Shown: in pieces, positions 1-9,067 of the stretch
Numbering within the stretch: position 1 is the stretch's first letter
Layout of the letters: every line of letters starts with the position of its first letter
Virus record (IMG/VR): IMGVR_UViG_3300037852_000239
Span: 1 to 61,918 of that record
Source: a virus
Taxonomy: Duplodnaviria; Caudoviricetes
Strand: one strand, 5' to 3'
DNA: 61,918 bases
Program-made: the position numbers and the translations under genes
The notes under the pieces: model-generated
The model's input: the letters and a program-made list of their open reading frames with translations, nothing else
Database searches by the model: none
Told to the model about the DNA's origin: nothing

Positions 1-362
1 GCTGCCGTGAGGGCTGCCGCGAGGGCTGCCGCGAGGGCTGCCGCATGGGCTGCCGTGAGGGCTGCCGCGAGGGCTGCCGCATGGGCTGCCGCGGGGGATG
101 CCGCGGGGGCTGCCGCGAGGGATGCCGCGGGGGCTGCCGCGGGGGATGCCGCGGGGGCTGCCGCGAGGGATGCCGCGGGGGATGCCGCGGGGGCTGCCGC
201 GAGGGCTGCCGCGAGGGCTGCCGCATGGGCTGCCGCGGGGGATGCCGCGGGGGATGCCGCGGGGGATGCCGCGGGGGATGCCGCGGGGGATGCCGCGGGG
301 GATGCCGCGGGGGCTGCCGCGAGGGCTGCCGCATGGGCTGCCGCGGGGGATGCCGCGGGGGC
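1..362 (+). repeat. 12-bp tandem repeat g(c/a)tgccg(c/t)(g/a)(a/g/t)gg, ~30 units
   Basis: Directly visible: gctgccgcgagg / gatgccgcgggg / gctgccgcatgg / gctgccgtgagg units. Confidence 0.95.
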
Positions 363-423
363 TGAGCAAGCCACGATAGTACGCGAGTACTTCCCCGTCC
401 CTCCAAAGCGGAGGAAGTCATGA
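1..423 (+). CDS. 3' part of the Ala-rich tetrapeptide-repeat protein ([12 protein letters not shown]); continues from 61398 across the contig junction
   Basis: Open frame of 12-bp repeats ending ...[19 protein letters not shown]; the same repeat frame is open at the window end. Confidence 0.8.
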   Translation, partial: AAVRAAARAAARAAAWAAVRAAARAAAWAAAGDAAGAAARDAAGAAAGDAAGAAARDAAGDAAGAAARAAARAAAWAAAGDAAGDAAGDAAGDAAGDAAGDAAGAAARAAAWAAAGDAAGAEQATIVREYFPVPPKRRKS

Positions 424-677
424 ACAATTCGCGCCTTGGCACGCGCGTCGTGGCACAGTCGACGCCGCTTGCGATGGTGGTCAAGGAGATCACCGACCTC
501 GCGTGGCTCGCCGTGGAGCGCGCCGCGCTGGCCGAGGACTGGCAGCAGCTGGCCGCACGCTACCCTGGGAAGGTGACAGTGGTGAATGGGCGGTTGGAGG
601 TGGTCCGCCGCCATGAGGTCCAGCAATTGCGCTGGTCACGGATCCGACGAAGGCGAAGGGGGGTGGAGTCTGACTAA
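420..677 (+). CDS. hypothetical protein
   Basis: ATGA overlap with the upstream stop; GGAGG upstream; GC3-rich codons. Confidence 0.65.
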   Translation: MNNSRLGTRVVAQSTPLAMVVKEITDLAWLAVERAALAEDWQQLAARYPGKVTVVNGRLEVVRRHEVQQLRWSRIRRRRRGVESD

Positions 678-2229
678 CAACGGCCACCAGTGGCCCCTAC
701 TCTGGTTCACGTCTCGCACACCCACGGTCGAGGGACAGACGCGCTGCCGGATGGCGCGGTTCTTGGGCTACCACGCAGGCCTCCACGGCACAGGCTGGCG
801 CCGTCGCGCGTTGTCCGTCCCACTCGCCACCGGCGGCGCCGTCCACGTCGGCGTCGAGTTGTTGTGTGGCTGGATCCACGAGTATCAAGCCGCCCACCAA
901 GGGATGCCACCCGACCGCATGACCAAGCACTTGGATGTGATCGCGTGGGCGGCGAGTGAAGCCGCGATCCGCTATGAGGCCGGCGCGAGAGCCCGTGGGT
1001 TCCTCGAGCGTGGGCTGGAAGGCGTCGGAGAAGGAGAGGACGATGCTGGACATGACATGCGTCAATCTGACCACCAAGCTGGTGGTAATCCAATTCCTGA
1101 TCAGCTATCTGCTCACCGTGGCAGCGCTGACATACACGTACTACCGGCGGCGGTAGAACACCTGATCCTTGAACAACGGACGCTGATCGAGGCCCAGGTG
1201 TGGGTGTTCGCCGCGTTGATCCTCCCGCAGATCTTGGGTGAGTCGCGGATCCTCGACGTAGAGCATGAGGAATCGTTGGTGCTGGATTGTACGTGCGGCC
1301 TCGGAGATGGGGTGGCGGACTGGGTGGTACATGATCAACGCGGGTGTTCGGGGATCGTGCAGATGGGCCGGGCGGACATCCTGTGCGAAGGCTGGGCGGA
1401 TCAGGTGCGGGGGCAGATCACCTACTTGGAGGTGAAGACCAAGGCCACGCCGAATCTCCCGTGGGAGAAAGCCTGGGAACACTCCGGCCAGCTGCGCATC
1501 AACATGGAGACGGCGTCAAGGCGGCTGGGGAAGCCTATTGAGGCCGCCTATATTCCTGTGCTGTTCAAGGGCTGGCGAGGACGCGACAAGGGCGATCCAC
1601 CAGAGGCGCCGAAGTATCAGCACAGCCCATTAGTCTATGGGTATTACGACCCCGGCAGCCCGGGGTTCCGCGCCGCGGAGTGGAAGTCGAGTTACAAATG
1701 GGTGGACGACTACGGGAAGGGGCATACCTTACCGAGGACATACGATCGCCAGCCTATCTGGGAGGAAACCCGTGTGATGCCCTACGCGACCGCGCGCGCG
1801 GAGGCCGGCCGCGTCGAACGCTGGGTGCTGGACTATCTCCAACCGGCGCAGTGGCCGGCGCTCGCCAAGTTGCTGGGGCCGTTTCCCCACCAGCGGGCGT
1901 GGATCCCAGAAACCCTACAGTCGGTGCTGGCCGAAGAGAGGGACTGGCGTGACCTGGTGGGGTATATCCGCGACGAGGTCCAACAAGGGCATGGCACCGA
2001 GGCACAGATCGCCAGTAGTGTGATTACTCGGTCGTGGAATTGTTTGAGCTTTAGCGGGGAACCCTGTGCGTTTCAACCACTGTGCTTCAAACAACCTGGG
2101 TGGGAAGATCCCGGCACCATGAATTTGTTCGATATACGAACACCGCACCACTCCACTGAGCGACTTGCGTATGAAGCAGTAGGGTTGGTGTTCCCTGCCA
2201 ATGAGGCAGAAGAGGACGACACCGAGTGA
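670..2229 (+). CDS. Cas4-like PD-(D/E)XK exonuclease (start uncertain)
   Basis: ADIL...LEVKT catalytic motif, QLRI motif, N-terminal Cys (TRCRM) plus C-terminal C-x7-C-x5-C (CLSFSGEPCAFQPLC) typical of an Fe-S staple; next to a Sak4-like ATPase. Confidence 0.75.
   Translation: MTNNGHQWPLLWFTSRTPTVEGQTRCRMARFLGYHAGLHGTGWRRRALSVPLATGGAVHVGVELLCGWIHEYQAAHQGMPPDRMTKHLDVIAWAASEAAIRYEAGARARGFLERGLEGVGEGEDDAGHDMRQSDHQAGGNPIPDQLSAHRGSADIHVLPAAVEHLILEQRTLIEAQVWVFAALILPQILGESRILDVEHEESLVLDCTCGLGDGVADWVVHDQRGCSGIVQMGRADILCEGWADQVRGQITYLEVKTKATPNLPWEKAWEHSGQLRINMETASRRLGKPIEAAYIPVLFKGWRGRDKGDPPEAPKYQHSPLVYGYYDPGSPGFRAAEWKSSYKWVDDYGKGHTLPRTYDRQPIWEETRVMPYATARAEAGRVERWVLDYLQPAQWPALAKLLGPFPHQRAWIPETLQSVLAEERDWRDLVGYIRDEVQQGHGTEAQIASSVITRSWNCLSFSGEPCAFQPLCFKQPGWEDPGTMNLFDIRTPHHSTERLAYEAVGLVFPANEAEEDDTE
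1043..1156 (+). CDS. putative nested 37-aa single-TM peptide overprinted in the nuclease gene
   Basis: AAGGAGAGGA directly before ATG; MLDMTCVNLTTKLVVIQFLISYLLTVAALTYTYYRRR; GC3 bias moves to this frame locally. Confidence 0.5.
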   Translation: MLDMTCVNLTTKLVVIQFLISYLLTVAALTYTYYRRR

Positions 2230-2323
2230 TCAACCAAGCACGTCTCCGTCACGGCGAGTCACGACGACGTGGGCAACGCCCAGCGACTCCGGAGGACGTG
2301 CACTGAAGTATCGGACACCTTAA
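2226..2323 (+). pseudogene. possible remnant of an HNH-type homing endonuclease gene
   Basis: GTGA-coupled VINQARLRHGESRRRGQRPATPE, then YRT in another frame; resembles the HG..TPEY..W N-terminal motif of the family seen at 46149-46682. Confidence 0.3.
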
Positions 2324-2347
2324 CGAAGGCCGAGGAGAAGAACACTA

Positions 2348-4168
2348 ATGGCCATTATTCGACGACGCACGCAGACGTTGCCTTCGCAGACAGCTCTGAC
2401 GCCCACTACTGACGCGGTCGTGTCGGGGTTGCCGCCGCAGCCTCCGAACCTCGGCGTGGTCGCCGCGCAACCGCGGGCGATCACCGCCATCGTCAACCAA
2501 GCGAACGCGTGCTTGGGATTAGTAGGGTTGACCGGCGCCGGCAAGACTTCGCTCGCGGTCACCGCCGTGGTCGAAGCCTGGGAAGTCTATGGCAAGGTCA
2601 CCCATTGGTACGCCAGCGACCTCGGTGGCTGGGGTAACCAGTTGTTGTCGCTGATCCGGCTGGGGATCTGCCACGTGTGGTACATCCGCAACCACCATAA
2701 CCCGTTCACGACCATGGAATTGGCGAGTCAAGGGTGCTGGCCGGAAACCATGCAGGACCGGGAGACGGGGTTGGCGGCGCCGGATGTGCGGTTGATCCCG
2801 CCCCGGCAGACCCGGTGGACGGTGATCTGCCCCAATGACCACGCGGTGGCGAGCTATGGGGACGTGGCGCAGGCCACGGCGATGCAGCTGGCCTGTCCAA
2901 CTTGTGGCGTGATCACCACGGCCGGGAACGCGCTGCGCATGGACCGCACGATTGTGCGATCAGCTGGGTTTAGGAACGTCGGCCACTACGTGTTCGACTC
3001 GATGACCCAGATGAGCGAGTACGGGCTGACCGAGCTCCGCAACAAGAGCGCACGTGGCGAACTCCCGGCGGGGCACTCGGGCGGATCCGCGTTGGGGTCA
3101 GCGGACGCCCTCCGCGAGGTGGGTGGCAGCGTGTTTGGCACCGGGTCATTGGCTCAATATGGCTTCATGCAGGATAGAGTGCCGGTGTGGATCGGCAACA
3201 TGCGCGCGATCCCCGATCAAGTCCTCCCGCCAATTGTCACCTTCGGCATAGAGTACAGCAAGGGCAGCGACGAATCCGGCGGGATGCCCATGTATGGGCC
3301 GAAGATCGCTGGGAATAAGCGCACGCCACAGGTGCCCGGGTGGCTGGGGAATTGTTTGTACGCTGCGAAGGAGCCGCATAACCCCCCAGACACGGATGAC
3401 CAGGGGAATGTGAAGAGCTACCACCGGTTGTGGTTGGTGAACCATCCGCTGGCGGGGGATGCGGAGAACACCCCGATTGTCGCCAAGCATCGCGGGGAGC
3501 CGCTGGGGATGCCCGATTACCTGGAAGACTCTGGGAAGCCCGAAGAGGCGTGGCAGCGGTGTTCGCTGCGGGAGTTCTACCGGTTGTTGCGGGTGCAGGC
3601 GGAGGTGATTGAGGCAAGGGACCGGGCGAAGTATGCAAATGCGCCTGCCCTCGCGGGCGACCCTGAGGATGAGGAGGAGGTGCTGGAGGTCACTCGCGCG
3701 GATGTTGGAGGTGCCACACAGGGAGGCGCGGTCGGGGGTGGGGCCTCGAGCAGCCGGGTGATTCGGCGGCGGCGGAGTCCTGGGGCGGGTCCGGCGTTGC
3801 CTTCGCAGGTGGCCCCGGTATTCGAGAACAATGTCATCCAGGACAACGCAGGAAATGGGTCGATCTCGCGACTCACACCAGAGGCCTTGACCGGGAGTGG
3901 GCTGGTGCAGAACGCCGCGGGCGAGTGGGTGCAGCCTCCAACCTCCTCGTCAGTGGTCGAACAACAACTGAAGGCCAGCTTGGCCGAGCGGCAGCAGACC
4001 TTGGCGAGCCCCGAGGAAACGGCCGCGGCGTTGACGGCGTTTGACACCAAGGACGCATCGACGGGTGGCAACGGGCACGCCCAAGAGGCCACGGTGGACG
4101 CGAGCGCGCCGCCGATGGCGAGGCCGGTGAGTCGGATTCGGCGGGTGCCGCGGCCACCGGCGGAGTAA
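2348..4168 (+). CDS. AAA_24/Sak4-like P-loop ATPase (ssDNA annealing/recombination) with zinc-ribbon insert and long disordered C-terminus
   Basis: Walker A GLTGAGKT, Walker B-like YVFDSMT, CPNDH...CPTCG insert, GPKIAG motif; lies between a nuclease and an SSB candidate. Confidence 0.7.
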   Translation: MAIIRRRTQTLPSQTALTPTTDAVVSGLPPQPPNLGVVAAQPRAITAIVNQANACLGLVGLTGAGKTSLAVTAVVEAWEVYGKVTHWYASDLGGWGNQLLSLIRLGICHVWYIRNHHNPFTTMELASQGCWPETMQDRETGLAAPDVRLIPPRQTRWTVICPNDHAVASYGDVAQATAMQLACPTCGVITTAGNALRMDRTIVRSAGFRNVGHYVFDSMTQMSEYGLTELRNKSARGELPAGHSGGSALGSADALREVGGSVFGTGSLAQYGFMQDRVPVWIGNMRAIPDQVLPPIVTFGIEYSKGSDESGGMPMYGPKIAGNKRTPQVPGWLGNCLYAAKEPHNPPDTDDQGNVKSYHRLWLVNHPLAGDAENTPIVAKHRGEPLGMPDYLEDSGKPEEAWQRCSLREFYRLLRVQAEVIEARDRAKYANAPALAGDPEDEEEVLEVTRADVGGATQGGAVGGGASSSRVIRRRRSPGAGPALPSQVAPVFENNVIQDNAGNGSISRLTPEALTGSGLVQNAAGEWVQPPTSSSVVEQQLKASLAERQQTLASPEETAAALTAFDTKDASTGGNGHAQEATVDASAPPMARPVSRIRRVPRPPAE

Positions 4169-4182
4169 AGGAGACGCACCCA

Positions 4183-4332
4183 TTGACTGAACGCGAGCGT
4201 GCCGCCTTGGAGCGGCTAACGGCCTACATGAAAAAGCGCTTCCCGAACCTGACCGTGGAGGAGACGTTGAAGATCGCGCTGGACGTGATGGAGATTGTGG
4301 CAGGCTACCATGACCAAGGCAACCATGGCTGA
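4183..4332 (+). CDS. small hypothetical protein (49 aa, TTG start)
   Basis: AAGGAG RBS; LTERERAALERLTAYMKKRFPNLTVEETLKIALDVMEIV...; missing from the ORF track. Confidence 0.6.
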   Translation: MTERERAALERLTAYMKKRFPNLTVEETLKIALDVMEIVAGYHDQGNHG

Positions 4333-4558
4333 AGTCATCTACGGCACCCTGCGCACGTATGAGGTCGGCAAGCTGTATCAAGGGTTGCGTAAGGAGAATG
4401 GCCAGTTGTTCCACGAACAACCATTTTACGTCCTGCGGGAGGCCACCTATCAGGAATGGCTGGCGTTCGCCGCAGAGGAAGGGATGGTGCCCAGTCCACA
4501 GATGTTGAAGGCCGCGCAGAGTAAGGCGGCGAAGTTCTATGCGATTTCGACTGACTAA
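4310..4558 (+). CDS. hypothetical protein
   Basis: Open frame in operon context. Confidence 0.55.
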   Translation: MTKATMAEVIYGTLRTYEVGKLYQGLRKENGQLFHEQPFYVLREATYQEWLAFAAEEGMVPSPQMLKAAQSKAAKFYAISTD

Positions 4559-4609
4559 TGGCCCATGACGAGCAACCAGTAACCCAACAACACCAGGAGC
4601 ACACAAACC

Positions 4610-5371
4610 ATGGCGACCCCAGCCCAAGCGGCAATCGTAGCTGACGTTAACCGCCCCGCCACCACGGACATCGCCGGAGAAGTCTGGCCGGAAGGCGACC
4701 TCCCCGCCCAGGGCGGCGGCTTCGGCCCCACGCTGATGCCGGGCATCGACACGTTTCTGATCCCCGAGAACCTCGCCCAGCTCTGGGACGAGATCGATAT
4801 GAAGGAGAGCAATCCACGCAGTCCCAGGTATGGGCAGACCTGCAAGTACAACCGCTTGAAGTTCGATAAGAACTCGCCGCTGATCGTCGTCGAGGGACCA
4901 AACAAAGGCGAGACGTTCACACTGACGATCCATGGCCACCAACGACCACGTGGCGGGAAAGCAGATGATCCCGCCACGCCGTGGGTGAGCGATCTGGCCT
5001 ATATGCTCGACATTGGCCTCGGCGACCACTCGCGTCCGTCAAGTGCCCAAGCCCTCAAGGCGACGATCAACAAGTACGCGGGGAAGACCATTAGGCTGGA
5101 GCACGGGTTGTCGGCGCATTGCCGGGCCGACAAGCAGCGGTATATCCTGAACGCCGAGGACAAGTCCATCCTCGACCCGACCGGGCAGAAGGGCTGCGGC
5201 GACGACACCAAGCAGCGCGAGGACAAAAAGGGTAAACAAGGGCGGTATTACACCCGCGACTTCAAGGATCCCACGACCGGGGAGTATGTCGAGGAGATCG
5301 AGTGTGAGTGTGGCGCGATTTTGCGCGGGTTCCCGAACCTCGAGCGGTTTGTGCCGCCGCTGGGGAAGTAG
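4610..5371 (+). CDS. hypothetical protein, candidate ssDNA-binding protein with zinc ligands
   Basis: AGGAG RBS; position after nuclease + Sak4-like gene; HC...GC...CECG residues; function inferred from synteny only. Confidence 0.5.
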   Translation: MATPAQAAIVADVNRPATTDIAGEVWPEGDLPAQGGGFGPTLMPGIDTFLIPENLAQLWDEIDMKESNPRSPRYGQTCKYNRLKFDKNSPLIVVEGPNKGETFTLTIHGHQRPRGGKADDPATPWVSDLAYMLDIGLGDHSRPSSAQALKATINKYAGKTIRLEHGLSAHCRADKQRYILNAEDKSILDPTGQKGCGDDTKQREDKKGKQGRYYTRDFKDPTTGEYVEEIECECGAILRGFPNLERFVPPLGK

Positions 5372-5387
5372 CGCTCGCGCGCGGCCC

Positions 5388-5457
5388 TAGAATCACCGGT
5401 GGTTGTGGAATCACGCCACACGTAAGTGCGTTGGGAACGCTACTGACCATAACCGGT
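5388..5457 (+). ncRNA. candidate structured RNA behind a TAGAAT -10 box
   Basis: TAGAAT 5388-5393; GGTTGTGG(5401-5408)/CCATAACC(5447-5454) closing stem; inner CAC-GTAA-GTG and GCGTT-GGG-AACGC hairpins. Confidence 0.3.
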
Positions 5458-5539
5458 TCGCGGATGGGCTGACACTCGGTAGATGTTGCAACGAGTCACT
5501 GTTCATACATTGTTCAGGCATTGATGGAGGACACGCCCC

Positions 5540-6115
5540 ATGTCACATAAGTCGCACAAAGGCCCGCCTCAGAAGATGTCCGCGCCGGAGTACGCCCGCC
5601 TGGTCAACCAAGGCAACCTCGCCGCCCGCGACCGGTTCGGCGTGCCGATCGCCCGCGGCCAGCTCGTCGAGTATCGCCCAGAGATCCTCGGCATGGGCGC
5701 GCTGATCTGGCAAGTGATGGACGTCACGCCGATCATGGATCCGAGGCTGCCAGGGATGATCCGCGTCACCCTTGAAGGGAAGGCGCATTTGTCGCTCCAG
5801 GTCAACGTGGCGTGCCATGCGCTGCGCTATCATGGGGAGGCGCAGATCCCAGAGCAGGAGGTGGCGCCGCCCAAGCCAGAGGTAGTTGCCGCTGGGAATG
5901 GCGTCGCTGGCGACGTCGACGCGGCGGTCGAGGCGGTGGTCGCGCGCCTCGGCATCGAGGACACCAAGGTGGCGCCGGTGGTCGAGCGTGAGCCGACGCG
6001 AATCCATCTCACCGATGCGGACCCCCGCGGGCCAGCCCTGCCACAGCCTGACATCGAAGCCGCAGACTATGACGAGGATGGAGCCCCCGATGACGACGAC
6101 GAACAGGCCCACTAA
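5540..6115 (+). CDS. hypothetical protein with SH3-like N-terminus and acidic tail
   Basis: GGAGG RBS; DRFGVPIARGQLVEY motif; acidic C-terminus. Confidence 0.65.
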   Translation: MSHKSHKGPPQKMSAPEYARLVNQGNLAARDRFGVPIARGQLVEYRPEILGMGALIWQVMDVTPIMDPRLPGMIRVTLEGKAHLSLQVNVACHALRYHGEAQIPEQEVAPPKPEVVAAGNGVAGDVDAAVEAVVARLGIEDTKVAPVVEREPTRIHLTDADPRGPALPQPDIEAADYDEDGAPDDDDEQAH

Positions 6116-6359
6116 CCCCGAAGCCCTCACCGGCGAGCACACCGGCATTGTCGATCGGCTGATCGCCAGCAAGGGCTTTGGGTTCATCCACGCCGACAAT
6201 GGCAAGGATTACTTTTTCCACATGAGTGCGGTGGAGGGAGAGGGGGGTTTCAGCGAGCTGGACCTCGGCGACGTGGTCAGCTTTGATGGGACGGTGACCA
6301 TCAAGGGCTGCCGCGCGACAGGAGTGCAGTTGGTACGCAATCGCCACAATCAGAAGTAG
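6090..6359 (+). CDS. cold-shock domain protein
   Basis: RNP1/RNP2 motifs KGFGFI and YFFHMSA; GDVVSF...KGCRATGV. Confidence 0.9.
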   Translation: MTTTNRPTNPEALTGEHTGIVDRLIASKGFGFIHADNGKDYFFHMSAVEGEGGFSELDLGDVVSFDGTVTIKGCRATGVQLVRNRHNQK

Positions 6360-6369
6360 GAGATCGCCC

Positions 6370-7830
6370 ATGTATGAACCCTTAGAAGAGGAAGACGCCG
6401 CACCAGCGCCTGCGAGCGTGGAAGCCCCGTCTCCACCGGACGTGACGCCGCTCGTGCCCACCATTGAGCAAGCCAAGGCCATGGGCGTTATCGCCGCACA
6501 GCCGTTTGTCAACGTCTCCGGCACCGCCGGGTGCGGCAAGACCTACCTCGCCAAGTTCCTGGCCGAGGGCGACCCCAGCGTGTTGTTGTGCTCCACCACG
6601 GGGATCGCGGCGGTCAACCTCGGCGAAGGGCAGACGATCAACTCGGCGCTGGGGTACTATGACACCGCGAGCTTGAAAGACGCCTACGTCAACGGGTTCC
6701 TGCAGGCCAAGCTGCGGAAGCTGCGCAAGGCGGGTATTCGAACCATCTTGCTGGATGAAAAATCCATGCTGGACGCGTTCCAGTTGACGTATCTGGTGCG
6801 CGGCATCGACGACGTCAACCAGGGGAAGGCGCTCGAGGCCGTGGGCGAGGGCGATGCCACCGCAGCCGAGGTCGAGGCGAACAACCCCCAGATGGGGCTG
6901 GTGCTGGTGGGCGACTTCGGCCAGTTGCCGCCGGTGAAGGCGCCCTTCGCGTTCGAGTCCGCGGAGTGGCCGCGGTTCGCCGACCACACGATCACGCTGA
7001 CGCAGATCCTGCGTCAAGTTGACGCCCCGTTTATCACGGCGCTGCGCCATGTCCGTGCCGGGCGGGCTGGGTGGGCGCTGGAGTACTTCACCGAGGCGAA
7101 GTTCAGCCTCACCACCGACGATCACTTCGACGGCACCACGGTGTTTGCGCGGAATGACGCGGTCGATCGCTACAACCAGCTGCGGCTGGACGAGTGTGCC
7201 GGCGCCCCGATGTCGTTCACGGCCTCGCGCTGGGGGAAGCAGTCAGGCGAGTGGAAGGGCATTCCTGATCAACTCGACATCAAGGTGGGCGCACTGGTCA
7301 TGGTGCTGGCCAACCGGCGCTACCCCAGGATTGATGAGGATGACCTTCCTGGGCTGCAGTATTGCAATGGCGATCTGGCGGAGGTGCTGGACCAAGCGAC
7401 GATTCGCGTGGAAGATCGATTAGGGCGATCTCGCTTGGTGACGCGCTGCTACGTGCGGCTGCACCGCACCAAGAGTGAACAATGGATCTGGCCGGTGACG
7501 CGGGACTTTTTGATCCCCATGGATCCTGGGAGGCGCACGGAGCTTCGCGAGGCGGGCACCCCCGAGAAGATCAAGGAACGCTGGGAGATCGCTGGGCAGA
7601 TTACGTATATGCCGTTGCGGCTGGCGTGGGGGACCACGGTGCATAAGTCGCAGGGGCTGAGCCTGGACCAGGTCCAGATCAACATCCGCGATGGGTTCTT
7701 CGGGCAGCCTGGGATGTTGTTCGTCGCGTTGTCCCGGGCGCGAACGCCGGAAGGGTTGCGGATTGTTGGGAACGCGCGGACGTTCGTGGCGCGGTGTGCG
7801 ACGAACCCGGCGGTGGTGCCATGGTTGTGA
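6370..7830 (+). CDS. PIF1/RecD-like SF1B DNA helicase
   Basis: GTAGCGKT, TTGIAA, LLDEKSM, VGDFGQLPPV, LTQILRQ, PLRLAWGTTVHKSQGLSLD, VALSRAR. Confidence 0.92.
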   Translation: MYEPLEEEDAAPAPASVEAPSPPDVTPLVPTIEQAKAMGVIAAQPFVNVSGTAGCGKTYLAKFLAEGDPSVLLCSTTGIAAVNLGEGQTINSALGYYDTASLKDAYVNGFLQAKLRKLRKAGIRTILLDEKSMLDAFQLTYLVRGIDDVNQGKALEAVGEGDATAAEVEANNPQMGLVLVGDFGQLPPVKAPFAFESAEWPRFADHTITLTQILRQVDAPFITALRHVRAGRAGWALEYFTEAKFSLTTDDHFDGTTVFARNDAVDRYNQLRLDECAGAPMSFTASRWGKQSGEWKGIPDQLDIKVGALVMVLANRRYPRIDEDDLPGLQYCNGDLAEVLDQATIRVEDRLGRSRLVTRCYVRLHRTKSEQWIWPVTRDFLIPMDPGRRTELREAGTPEKIKERWEIAGQITYMPLRLAWGTTVHKSQGLSLDQVQINIRDGFFGQPGMLFVALSRARTPEGLRIVGNARTFVARCATNPAVVPWL

Positions 7831-8036
7831 GGCTCATGCGCTACTGGAACGGACAGATCTACACGATAGGGATGGCAGGTTTTAATCCAGACTACGAGTG
7901 GGCCTCAACCGTGCTTGCGCGCTACCTCAGCGACGCGATCTTCGACATCGGAACGCGGGGCTGCTGGGTGGATCTCCAAGAGGCGCCAGCCCTGCTCCCG
8001 CGTAATGAGGACCATATCGTCCGAGGGGAAAACTGA
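7827..8036 (+). CDS. hypothetical protein
   Basis: GTGA overlap with the helicase stop. Confidence 0.5.
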   Translation: MRLMRYWNGQIYTIGMAGFNPDYEWASTVLARYLSDAIFDIGTRGCWVDLQEAPALLPRNEDHIVRGEN

Positions 8037-8291
8037 ATGCCTCTCATCGACCCCGCCGACCTCGACCAGGTCAAGCCGCTGGTCGTGGGTGACCGCGTCC
8101 AGCGCCGCGATGTGTTGATCGCCCGCATCACGCTGATCCGCCAAGGCACGGTGGTGGAGGTGTACCAGTCTCGCCCCAACGCTGTGGGCCACACCCTGCC
8201 CCTCTATGCGGTCGAGTGGGAGGGGCAAGGGTTTATCGAGCGAGGGTACTTCCGCGAGGGGTTGGTCAAAATCACCCCCGATGTCGCGTGA
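8037..8291 (+). CDS. hypothetical SH3-like protein
   Basis: Abuts the upstream stop; VGDRV...GTVVEV...YAVEW pattern. Confidence 0.6.
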   Translation: MPLIDPADLDQVKPLVVGDRVQRRDVLIARITLIRQGTVVEVYQSRPNAVGHTLPLYAVEWEGQGFIERGYFREGLVKITPDVA

Positions 8292-8362
8292 ATGGAAAGC
8301 GGTTGTACGTACATGGGTGGATCGGACAAGGGGCATAACCAAACAGAAAGGACAAGGGGACC

Positions 8363-8737
8363 ATGGGACAAGCATTTGACCACGAGGGCGGCGTGTTGGG
8401 TGAGGCGTCTGGGGAGACGAAGCGCGACGTGTTTGACAAACTCATGAAGGAACATCTGGATGCGCACGAGATTCGCATCAAGTCCATGGAGGAAAAAGCT
8501 GCGGCGGTCAAAGACCCCCGAGCGGCGACTACGGCACCGCTCGACGTGCTCGATCCGCTCCTGCAATTCTTCCAGTATGAGCACCTACCACCACAGGTGT
8601 GGATGATCAGTCGTCCATTCGGGGAGTTGGCCACGAATCTCGTCAAGATGTTGCCACGCAATCCTGAGAGGACGGTCGCACTGCGGAAGCTGCTCGAGGC
8701 GAAGGACTGCGCGGTGCGGGCGGTGTTGTTCAAATAG
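8363..8737 (+). CDS. conserved phage helical protein (LLQFFQYEHLP...ERTVALRKLLEAKDCAVRA)
   Basis: RBS upstream; C-terminal motif I recognise from many phage hypothetical proteins. Confidence 0.75.
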   Translation: MGQAFDHEGGVLGEASGETKRDVFDKLMKEHLDAHEIRIKSMEEKAAAVKDPRAATTAPLDVLDPLLQFFQYEHLPPQVWMISRPFGELATNLVKMLPRNPERTVALRKLLEAKDCAVRAVLFK

Positions 8738-8747
8738 GGCGAGTGCC

Positions 8748-8852
8748 ATGACCAGGCTGTGGAGCGACGTTCGGCTGGCCGTGCGCGATTGGTGGTGGAC
8801 GTGGCGGTATGGGTTAAACCTGAACAGGGATCGCAGGTGGAGGCGCTGGTGA
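8748..8852 (+). CDS. small Trp/Arg-rich peptide (34 aa)
   Basis: MTRLWSDVRLAVRDWWWTWRYGLNLNRDRRWRRW; stop overlaps the next GTG. Confidence 0.4.
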   Translation: MTRLWSDVRLAVRDWWWTWRYGLNLNRDRRWRRW

Positions 8853-9067
8853 TTCATGAGGCGGGAGAGCTGACGCGGGACGGGGTGCAGCGGTGCGTGC
8901 GGTGCGGGTATGTGCTGACCGATTATCGGCACACCCTGGTGGTGGCAGGCTCGCCGGCACTCGGGGGGTGGGAGGTGGGGGCCTTCGTCGAAGTCGTCAA
9001 AGGCGCGGGGAACCCCAGGTATAGCGGCATCACCGAGGTGCCGCCGGACTGTGAGGTAGTCCAATGA
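8849..9067 (+). CDS. hypothetical zinc-ribbon-like protein
   Basis: GGAGG RBS, GTG start; H...CVRCG...C. Confidence 0.55.
   Translation: MIHEAGELTRDGVQRCVRCGYVLTDYRHTLVVAGSPALGGWEVGAFVEVVKGAGNPRYSGITEVPPDCEVVQ

Noticed and set aside
1-379. Alternative-frame ORFs (GCRG / PRGM repeats) and a possible CRISPR array
   Set aside because: These are by-products of a 12-bp tandem repeat with no spacers; only the Ala-rich frame connects to an SD-led start at 61398.
670-2229. CRISPR-Cas system suggested by the Cas4-like gene
   Set aside because: No cas1/cas2 and no repeat-spacer array; solo Cas4-like nucleases are common in phage recombination modules.
5395-5530. tRNA gene
   Set aside because: No cloverleaf, T-loop in the proper context or CCA end could be built.
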